Below, piece by piece: positions 26,471 to 38,400 of a stretch of 64,000 nt of DNA (the stretch's first letter is position 1; the number at the start of each line of letters is the position of its first letter). The translations under genes and the position numbers were made by a program. Source of the stretch: Owenia fusiformis (lineage: Eukaryota); contig CAIIXF020000001.1 in the NCBI GenBank assembly GCA_903813345.2, forward strand, positions 10,726,001-10,790,000, read 5' to 3'. Below the pieces are notes generated by a model. It was not told the DNA's origin. It worked only from the letters and a program-made list of their open reading frames with translations, and searched no databases.

Positions 26471-29400
26471 TTACAAGTATACCATATCAACACTGTTTCC
26501 TACATTTTCAAACTGCATTTGGAACTTCCTGGCAAACTTCACAAATTTCTTGCCCTTTCTTGTGAGCTTAGGGAGTTTCTTGAAGTAGAGTTTGCTGGAC
26601 CTTGTGAGTGTCTTTGGTCGATACTTGGAATGTATTGTTGTTGAGATCTGGTACGAGTCACCTGGAAACAAATACAATAATGGTTGAAAAAGATATAATA
26701 GAAGGTATAACAGGGAGAAATTAGCCAGAATAACAAAACATTGCCATGTAAGGAGATCACACAATAAAAAATGTAAAAGAATAATATGATGAGAACTGGG
26801 GGGGGGGGGGGGGGGGCAGAACAATTCCTATCTGAAATTTAGACTGACAACATACATATATATGTGGATTATTTTCTGTGATTGAAGAAGTTCATATTCA
26901 AAATCTCCCAATACTTTAATTCAGGTTACGTTTTCCTGATACATGTATCATACTCGTACAAAGCAATGGAGTCCTATTAATTACATCATTGCTGAAAACA
27001 TATTTATTACACCTACCTGTCTCAGTGATGGGATATGTCTTGCCATTTTGAACAAATGCAAGTTCTACTTTCTGGAACACCTCTTCTCTAAATGCTGTAG
27101 CATTATATGGCACACCCTACAACATAATACCAATTTTAAGCAAGGTATATTATCTGACAAAGCCTACAATATAATATCATTTGAAACTTGGCATGGTGTG
27201 TATCATTCACCCTTCTGTCTTATTTGGAGATAAACTTCAGCATTTTTGGAACTGACTGAATGTTGGTGCATACTAGTTTCACACTAGTTTGAGCATGAAT
27301 AAAACTTTCTTGAAAATTGAATAGAATGGCACACTATACAACATAATCCAATGTGCACAATAAGAGACAAATACAGTAGACTGTTTTAACAAACAAGACA
27401 CAGACTGAAAATATCACAACCCTCTGTCATTCTATTCATGTCTTTGTTTTTATTCTCAGAATCATACCTTTGACACTGAATCCATGAGGTATGAAGAAAA
27501 TAATTGCCATCTAGGTTTGTAGTAATCCATGACAAGACCAGACCATTGTTTGTTGGCATAGTCCAGAATCTTAACAAAAAGAAAAGCTGTATTATTAATT
27601 CATTCAAAATGGTATTCATGCTACAGTAACACCTGTCTTAGTCAACACCTCTCTCTAGTGAACACCTGTCTGAACACCTACCAACACTGAATAATATTTC
27701 TCAGCAAAAAATGTTCAATATACCCAGGTTTTACTGTATCAGAATAAAACAAAAAAAACTTGGATCAAAATATCTTTGTATTTATTCTTCTTGCACATAT
27801 AAGACATTATTTCAATGTCCGACCATAATAGGCTGCAACAAAAGGGAGGAAAGGGTTTAATCTTCATAAAATTACTCACACCAAGAGAACTATAACAATA
27901 ATATAACATTAACATATCAATGTTTATGAAATCCAAAGGAAAAAAACATGATCCCCACAATGATTCATTCAATGCAAGATTTTGTAGTTTTAATTTTTAA
28001 TTTGAAAAAATCTGAAAATGCAGCCTCAGTAACCTACCTCACCATTGGGCCCCCATGTAGTTATCTGGTATCTTGCATTCAGGTCATATTGCTGTTTCTC
28101 TTTTGGGTTGACTCCCAGAGCCTGAGCTGAGGCAAGCCATTTGCCAAGCATGAAATGTTCATCTGTGGCAAGCACCTGATCTAGATCTTCTAGGAGGTCA
28201 AGTAGGGCTCCTATCGCATTCCTGGTAATACAGTACATTAAAATACAACCCTGTTAATACATTAAAACACAATCATATTCGAGATTCACATAAAAGAATG
28301 ACTGAATTTTACAGTACACGTATTTATAATATTTAGCATGTGTTCCTTCCACTTCACTGATTGGTCGAGAAAGGGTCAGTGTGGTAGATTTAAAATGATT
28401 TATTACCCGGACTGTCACAGGCACCAATCTTTGGGGCAGGGCTACTAAACTGTAATACGGTCTATACTAGGCAGAGGGTACTTCATAACTAGACTCTGCG
28501 CGCAGGGTAGTTGCGTGGAATATTTGGACAAAATTTATGTAATGCAGCCAGTCTGTCCAGCAGTACAGAACAATGAGAATATCTCATTTTTCAAGGTGCG
28601 ATAAAAATAGTAAACGCCTTACAGGAGGGCATCCTGATCTTTGTTCTTGTAGGCAGTGATGAGGTCTGTGTACTTCTGTATAGAGATAACCTGTAGACTC
28701 TGCCTTGTCAGATCCACCAAGTCATACCTAAATATATAAAAGGAAATATGTAACATTGATCACAAATCTCTGAGCATGAATGAAACCAGGGATAAAGAAA
28801 CCAGTGGTTCAATACCACAACATTCCTCACTACTTAAAATTCATTTTATTGTTGTAACCATGGAAATCATGATGTCATAGTTGTAATGCCTGGGTCACAT
28901 TTGCTGCGATTCACCGGCCGGCGCCTGGCCGGTTGAGTATTTTGTTCAAAATTGAATACATTTCTGAGCAAAATACTCAATAAGCCAGGTGCCGTAGTGA
29001 AAATCGAGTAAAAGTGACCAAGGCATTAGAGACAAACTCCAAAATTCTTAATTTAAGAAATTCTTCTAGTAATGAACCCCATTATAGATTACCATAGTAT
29101 GAAATTTGAAAATCAAATTGGTAAGCGAGAAAACCCTGTAGATGAATTCTCTAACACTGCATATAAACTTAGAGGATGTTTTCAGGGTATAATAAGCATA
29201 TTTCAAAGACACCAAAAATTCTTTATTTAAAATGGATATGAATACAGCCATTACAAAATGATTCACAGTTTATTATAGCTTTGGGATTGCATTTACAGTT
29301 TGTAATCTTTCTTTACCAAACAAATCATCATCAATGTGTAAAGGAATGATAGTAGTGTCATATATTCTTACTTGAACAGTTTGCTCATTGAGAATGGTTT

Positions 29401-32400
29401 TGACTGAGCAGCCATGATCATGTTATCCCAGGCCATTAGGACATCATTAGGGTCATACCACACCTAGAAGGAAATGTGGATGTTATTTCTGTAGTATGCA
29501 GTCATCTACTAATATGACATGTATGTAATATATGTAACTATGGCAACGTTGCAATTTACTACCTTTTAAAGAATTCATACGCTTAAACTGAATCTTTTTG
29601 TGCACATTAAAATAAATGTGTATTTCTAAAATTTGTACATTAGACTAAATAATAAATGTTGGTTAGTTGTGTTTCTGATATTCTATATGTGTTTAATACT
29701 GTACACAGGGTGTGAAGAAATTATTGGTGGAATATTTTCACCAATAAATCTTCCTGCCATCAGATATTATAAACATTGAAATAAAATGATTCATAGTTTA
29801 TTCTGATTTGTTCAATTACATCAAAACCGCTTAAATCCAAAATTCAATAAAATCCATGATTTGATATCTAAATTAATCCCATGGCTTATCTAATAGCAGG
29901 GCTTATATAAAACAAATATACAAGTTTATTAAAACCTACCGCTGGTTTAATGCTCAAACTAGGACGAGACTTGAATATTTGACGACTTGCAAAGTTGGAA
30001 TAGCCTGTTGTGCAATTCAATATACCACTCTAGCAAACATGCAAGAAAAATGAAACATGCAGCTACTAAAAGTGTCTCAAAATACAGAAACGTGGGATTA
30101 ACGTAACACAACCAAAGAATTGCACGAGAGACAAAAAACTCATTAAATACATGTAGCAGCTATAACACCTGTCCTTAAGGTAATTTTCAGTCCATGATGA
30201 CATTACATTTGCTGCACAAGATTGTTGTCTGAGTTCTTTAACACTCGATGCAATAGGTTGAGGGTTGGCCCATGGAGTAACAAGCACATAATAACAAAGG
30301 AAACCAACACAATGTTGATAATGTACAAATGGGGCCAAGCAGTGAGACATTTGATTGATGCCTTATATTATTCTTGCTGCTATGCCCGAACCCTCCGAAC
30401 CCCCCCCCCCACCAAAAATTCTTTCAAAATCATGCAGTTTTTCACCATTCTGAGCACTTATCATGTGATTTTGGCCATTTTTGGGCTAAAGTTGTAAAAG
30501 TGACCCCCCTGGAATTTTTTAAAGTGTGAACCCCCTCTTGGCAAATCCTGGCTACAGGACTGTTACTAAGCCATGCAAGCGAGCGTATTACAACACAAAT
30601 CTGGACTCACGCTTTGCTTGATATCAAGTCGTGGCCTCACAATAACTTGAATGCCATCTTGGCCTACTGTGGCCCCATTGGTACAGTTCAGCACTGAGTA
30701 CTAGATTAGTATGCATGACATACATGTAGTGATGTAGTGATTCCACAAACATGTATACCAGGTACATGCACAATTTGCACATAATGTGGCTCAAAGTAAT
30801 TGCTCATCAGTCAACCACAAGCAGTTTTTCAGTAAAACTTGAATACAATTTTGTATGGTGGTGGTATTGAAATGGGGGCCTGTATCTGATGTTAAGTAAA
30901 CTTGGCGTGATAAAACTGTGCCCATGAACAAAACTGGTACAGCTTTCCCATATTGTCAAATTTGATACTGCTAACCCATTAAGCTCCTGGTGGTTGACTA
31001 ACACGTCAAGAGCTAACTCCATGTCCACCATAAAGCCAGAAGGCATAATCATAAGGATATTCATGTATGTGGTTCCCAAGTGGTCAGAAAATAGATACAA
31101 GACTAGCATTGTTATCTCATTAGTACAAGCACTCAAAGGGGTCTAAAAGCCAATTATAAAAGCAGATACAGCCTCTAAAATATCAGACACACTGAAAAGG
31201 ATATTACTGTTGAAGTGTCTTCAACAACATCTCAACTCACTGTCTGCTTCATGTCCAGTCTTGGAGAGAGAATGATCTGAATGCCTTGGGGACCATCTTT
31301 GACTCCAGCTCCATTGAATACAGAGTTCTACGGAGAACATGCAGACATTGATTGTAATTAATACTTATGTAGCATAATGTTAGCAGAGGGGTATAGACAG
31401 AGGGAGATAACTAAATACTTTGCAGTTGTATTGAGCTCTTAAATATTGTTAGTATTAATGTTTAAAAACTGGGAAGGAACTCTGCCCTGGTGTAATGCTG
31501 ATGGTTCATTCAAAGCAATATATTTTCTGATATGCACAATGAATGACATGATTAAATGGTAAATGGAATAAATCATTTAAGCAACTTTAGGGACACTTCC
31601 TTCAAAGTTTAAAAGCTGAGCAGAAAAGCACATTATAAAACTAGATAATGGCAACTCCGCGGAGTAGCAAATCCCAACGAACAAAATATCAATTAGCGAA
31701 TTCCAATCAATTATACTCATTACTTTGGTTAAAATTGAAAAAATTAGATTTTAGAATTGCGAATTCCTGCAAAGCAGCCATTTTGAATTTTCTGAGATAC
31801 AAATCTGAAAAATAATACCATAATTGTGATCTACTCCAAAATTCCTTCAATTTGAGTATAATATAGCCATACTTTGAAGGGATCGAAAAATTATTGCGAA
31901 ATCGTACATTAGACGGCCATTTTGAATTTTACGAGGCTCGAATCAGAAAAAAGATACAATATTTGCAATCTGCTCTTAATTGCCTTTCATTTGAGTATAA
32001 TAAAGCTATACTTTAGAAAGATCTAAAATTTAGCGAAAATTTCTGTTTTCCTGTCCCCCCATACACGGCCCCTGTGGGTCAGGATGAAAAACACGGAATA
32101 CATGTGAAATAGATAAATGTTGTGAATATACTACCAAAATTTCAAACAATAATATTAATTACTTTGGTTCAGAATGAAAAATTTATGATTTTTGTGAAAA
32201 AGTCCCGTCATTTTTAAAGCGGCGGCCATCTTGAAAAATTTACACCAATATACATCTTTCCACTAAATATGAGAAAATCCGTCTACTAGTATTTGAGTTA
32301 ACTTCCGGACAGACGGACGGACTGACTGACTGACGGACGGACAGACGGATGGACGGAGGGCTTCACTATATCCCTACCGAACTTCGTTTGTTGGGATAAA

Positions 32401-35400
32401 AAGAAAGAGGGCTTCTATCAAAACATTAAAGATGCATTATACCATAGCTTTCTCGCCCAGACAATCAACGATGTCCCTTTGTTTGCTTATATAATATCTC
32501 ACATACCATGGATATATCTTGAGAATAACTTATGGGTATATTATTGCCAAAACATTGAAATACTGTACGCCCGGTATTATTCGCGTGCGATTAACTTTCA
32601 CGCTTTTCGCGATTATCGTCGCGAAATTGCCAATTAAATCCCCGGGAATTTGTTATTACTACTATTAGTAGTACAGTACTGTGCAACTCCAGAATGGCTC
32701 CCAGAATGCAACATTGATACTCTCACGATTCTTGATGTTGTGAGTACAAAATTCGAATAACTACTATTCTAGTAATACAAAATTCGAATAACTACTATTC
32801 TAGTAATACAAAATACGAATTCAAACTGCTTTTTCGTTTTAAAATAAGACCGAAATTAACGATGCGATAATAGAAGTTGATATGCAACTTGCCGATGATA
32901 AAGATCCCAGTTATTGTATATCTGATCCAACTATGACATCAGGTAAGTCGCAATTACTGTACATCTACTAGTAATTTAGCTTGAGAATTCCGAGAATAAT
33001 GAATTTCAAACTAGTGAAATTCGGGAAATTTAATAGCCGCGAAACCTTTTTTTTGCAAAATTCGCGAAATTAAAGCTCGCGAATAATACCCGGCGTACAG
33101 TAATCAACAGAACAACCAACCTCTGGAATTAAACAGAATCGATTCCTCGGCTAGCGAGGGGAATCCCCGTTTAGTCACACAAGCGCCCAAACACGCCTTG
33201 AACCAAGCAGCCAATCAGGTTCATGATAAACAAATTCAATGACCAATCAAATAACAGGAGGATTTTCCTGGTATATTTAAACTTCAGATTGAATCAATTT
33301 CTGTTAAAATAATTAGATCGGTCAGCACAATTGCAAAATTAACACTGAAAGCGGGGGATTTAAGACTTCTTCTTTGGTAAGTAGATGGGTGAATATGTGG
33401 TTAGGCTCAATATGCAAAAAGGTCCAGAGGGATCTTGATTGTGCTATCCTATGGTATAGAGCCTCTTTAAGATGCAGCTAACTGAGATTTAAACAGATGA
33501 AGGACTTAATGCAAGGCCACATGCTCCTTTGCACTTTGAATAGCAAGATGCAAGCTATATGTAAGAAGCACTGGCCCATGGTTATTATTATGCACTGTAT
33601 CTATTTTGCTCTTAACCCATGGTTGATCGAAAGTTTCTAAATACATTTGCCATCTGATGGATGTTCTCACTTGGCTTGTAGACTCCAGAGATTCTCCTGG
33701 TGAGAACCTTGGCTTGAGAGATTAAAATGGTATAATTCAACCAGAAGAGCAGAGGACAACTGTACAGATGTCACAATGGGTGAAGAACAAAATAGGTATC
33801 ACATCAATCACACAAGACATGTTTGTTTGGACACACATGCAAGACACACATAACATACATCAATGGATAGTCTCTTTGAGGGTCTCTTGCTGATGACATT
33901 TTTCCTACCATGGTGCTTCAAGCCATCTGTAGCATTCAATATACCTGACTAGAGTAGAATGACACACAGGATAATACATAATATACCTAACACCATAGGT
34001 TTCAAGCACATGTAGATTGACCAGATTTCTCCAAACAAAATAGTCATAAAGTTAAAACATGCAAACCAAATGTAAATCTGAAAAATCAACTGATCTGCAG
34101 ATCTGCAACTTCATGGTGTTTGAAGAAATTAAATAGACTCCAATAACATTTTGACTTTAGAGGATATTTCATAGAAACATGGATTTCCACTTCAATTTAA
34201 AATCTAAGCTTATGTTTCCTCCTTCATTGGTGCCAACTAAAAAATGAAAATAATATTGAAACATTCTGAAAAGATAAAAAAGTTTTAAAGATGAATTTAT
34301 GCATAAATATTAATTTAACTTAAAATATGACTGAAACTACATGTACATGTAGGTCTAAACAAATATGAGTGTTAACAAGTTTATCAATTTTGGTTACTTT
34401 TTTGTTTTTACTTCTTTTGTCTAACTTACCGCTAATAAAGTCCAAGCCTTTTCAATGTTATCATTTGTTCCAGTATATCGTCTCTTCACAAAAGCAGCAA
34501 CCCTAAGTAATACAAGAAATATGTGTAAATGAATAAGTATATGTACATTTATATTATGGACACTGGTTGACAGACATTATAATAAATTTGAACTTATGAT
34601 ATACCAAATTAAAGATAAGTAAATCCCCTATCAATTGGTATATAATATGACATATTTTCAAAAATAAAATCAATATTTATTTTTGAAATACAAGTGTTCA
34701 ATTTTTTTGGACCACCCTGTAGATTTAAACTATTGTTGACCTCTCAAAATGAGAATTGTATATGTAGCTGTAAACCAAAAGTAACTGAGTGAGATTCACT
34801 TTCTAATATATACTTGTACACCTATCTAGAGGTAAACTGGCTAAATTGTATACATCAAATGTTATCCAAGAATTCACATTAAATAGACAGGACTAGAAGT
34901 ATTCAAACCCAGGAAGGCGTACTGTTATCAGTCGTCTAATCTCAAAAGATCAGATCATCAGAAAATCCTTGTAAAATACCTACATGTGTGAACATCTAAA
35001 TAAAATAAACCTCTTGATATGAACTCTTCAAATAATTCAACCAATATTCATTTGAGACTAATTTTACCGTAATTGCAGTTACAACTTACCAGTCCATGAT
35101 ATTCCTTGGTTCTGTTCTCCAGATATTCTCATTCATGAACTCATAGACCATGTTGTTCTGATTGATCCCCTCTGGTGTAAGGCCTGTACCAATCATAGTG
35201 CTGTCAGTGAAGTTTCTACCAACAAATGGATTCTGAAATTACAAGAATAATATCCAACTTTAATGATGTAAAAGTTACAAGACACGTTCGGTGTTTTGAC
35301 CTACAAATCAAAACGTTCAGAGTAAAGAAATCTGTTCTAATTCAATAAGTGGTACCACAAAATTATGATTTGGATCAATAGATCAGCTCGGAGGCCAGTG

Positions 35401-38400
35401 GGATATTTACATTACTACCATTCTACTTCATTAACAATTTCAAATTACATGAATGAGGGACCCATTTTATGAAAGCACATTTAAGTGCAAAAAATATATG
35501 TATTTTCCATTCTTGCTCCAATACCTTATTGATGCTCTCAAGATTGCCAAACATTTGGTTGTTGCCTCCAAAGTTGTGCAACATGCACCAGATGAAGGGC
35601 TGGCCGTAGTAGGATTCCAATCTCTGGTATTGAGGTGACAGCTCTGCCATCAGGTCCAATACAATCATATGTCCCTGCAAGATGAATATATAAAGTAATT
35701 ATGAGAAGGGGCCTGACAAGGTAATCATGATGCATCCAGAAATCTTAGTCTTAATCAATCGCTTAAATTGATGAGTTTGTTGAATCACTGATTTGTTGTT
35801 TTTGTGGGATGGTGAATTTATCCAAACAGTGAATAACATATCTTCGACTTTTGAGCCTATAGGAATGATTGCATTTACACATCCTTGCAATGGTTGCATC
35901 AAGTAGAGTATGTGTCTATGTCATACCTGTGGGACACCAGTCAGAAGTGCCTTAGCTTGGGGAGGCTTCCAGAATCCACTGAGGAACAGCCAACCCTGCA
36001 TAAGCCTATGAACAGGTACAACATGGAAACAATATCAATATTACATTTAATGTTTCTAGTGCTTTAAGTTCTTTAAGGATTTGGCTGATAAAAAATATGT
36101 GATTTATAGACAACGACAAGCTTAATATAGGAATGAAAATTGCATGCAACTGATTTTCCACAAGAAAAATAGTCAGCATTTTGAAACAAACAGTTTTTTT
36201 AACACAACAAGCCCTTTATAGAAAAGTTCTAAAAATGAAATAATTTAAATTGAGATAAACTAAATAATAAGCCTCCATAGTAGCAAACAGACAGTCATCT
36301 TTCAGTTTGATATTTTAACCACGCACAGATTTTCTATATTCCGAAATAAACTTAGTTCAGCTGATGGGATAACCAAAATCTAACCAACCATATTGCCTGT
36401 GAGTCTCCTGCTATCATAGCATCATACACAGCTTTACTAGTTGATGATAGGTAGGCAGGATCACTAGACTTGGGGGTCATCTCATTGAATGTATCTGTGT
36501 TGTAGATATGGCTGGTGTAGTTGAACTCTTTGATGTACTGGAAAAAATAATTATGAAATGTTCCCTAATTTGATAATTCTTTTATTGGTATCAATGTATC
36601 AAATTGAACTTGTTAATATAATACAACTTCAAATGTTAATATTAAAATGTCAAAATTCATGCACCTTTGACAAATTCCAATCTTATTTGTTGAATAACAT
36701 GTACAAAATAATTATGAAATGTTCCCTAAATTGATAATTCTTTTATTGGTATCAATGTATCAAATTGAACTTGTTAATATAATACAACTTTCAAATGTTA
36801 ATATTAAAATGTCAAATTTCATGCACCTTTGACAAATTCCAATCTTATTTGTTGAATAACATGTACAAAATAATTATGAAATGTTCCCTAAATTGATAAT
36901 TCTTTTATTGGTATCAATGTATCAAATTGAACTTGTTAATATAATACAACTTTCAAATGTTAATATTAAAATGTCAAATTTCATGCACCTTTGACAAATT
37001 CTCATCTTATTTGTTGAATAACATGTACATGTTTATTTGGCACCTAATACTCCTTTTTGGGGGTCATAGCCATTATAACCTGTATTTATGTTACATAGAT
37101 TTAAATATAAAAAATGAATATCTACTATGAAAACACATAAAAACAATCATACCTCCTTGATAAAATCCCCTCCTATTTGTTGAAACAGCTTATCATTTGG
37201 GTCTAAGAGATATGTGCTGAAAATAAGAATAACTAACTAACTGGATGTACATGCAGGTTTCGACAATGTAGTTTGTCATGTAAATGAGCAAATATAGCTT
37301 TGTAGTATAATGGTATTTTTGAGGAAATACACTGGAGCAAGTAAGATTTTACGACAGGGAATTTCACACACTGTTGACTCATGGGCTTTCAATTAGAAGG
37401 GTATGCAACTCTGTGTTGTAAACCTTCAAATGAGCAGTGCCATGCTTCCCTTTTTGTGGTAATATTTCAAAAAGTATTTGATAAATGTATATGTTTTAGT
37501 ATTATTTTGAATAAAAATCAATTTTCAATATGATTAAAGCATAAAATATGTTCAGTCTCATGTAAAAGTAAACAAGAGTATTGCATGGGTAATTATTCAA
37601 GAACACATTCCAATAAAAACATAATTTGTGGGAGAATGTTCACTCTCTGTATTGTCATAATTATGATGAATTCCATTTTTTATTAAATTATCAACATGTA
37701 TGTAGGTGATCATGTTTTTATTTTTGAGTTATTTCTTTAAATCATCCCTAAAAAGTAAAAAATAGGATTTTCTTGGAATGTGTACATTCTCCAATCCTTA
37801 AAACCCAAAAGGCAATGCTTATGTATGAAATATGGGAAGTTGCCTACCCTTCTAGTTGAAAGCCCATGGTTGACTCAAAGAAGGCAGGCAATTTAACAGG
37901 ATTTCAATAAAATTAACATATTTTTCTGGAGAAATGTTTATCTAAATGAATTCAAATTGTGTTGACTATCTTTGAAGCTGACCTACCAGCAGTATTGGTC
38001 CTTGAATCCTCCCCAGTCACTGAGGCGAGTTATACTGGAATTTGGGAACAGCCTGGAATTCAGCAACATCACATACCAGTATAAGTGTTAACCATGGAGA
38101 AAACAATTTACAACTTATAGGCGAGTGCCTCTCATGGTGATATACATTTCAGTATAAGAGGACATTACAAACAAAATTTTCTCAAGTTAAATCATCTCTC
38201 TTTCTATAGCAATAAACTTGACTACAAAGAAGAAATATATATATTATGAACTGATAATGTAAATGAAAACAGAGAGGTGATCAAATATATCTATAGCTCA
38301 TATATATATGTGTACAGGCATTACCTCGTTAGGCCCTTTGGCACATGTCCAGCAAAGGCTGGGAGAACAGGTGTCATTCCAAACACTGCCATTCTCTCGA

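Noticed and set aside
30807-31136. ORF with IWESCT...YRPP inside the NAGLU variant cluster
   Set aside because: No convincing phase-0 acceptor/donor pair, and the spacing differs from the four variants.
33671-33742. Possible fifth NAGLU variant exon ([23 protein letters not shown], minus strand)
   Set aside because: It resembles the L-N-x-T...R-x-S pattern, but has no in-frame AG acceptor and the GTGAGA donor falls in phase 1. At best a decayed copy.
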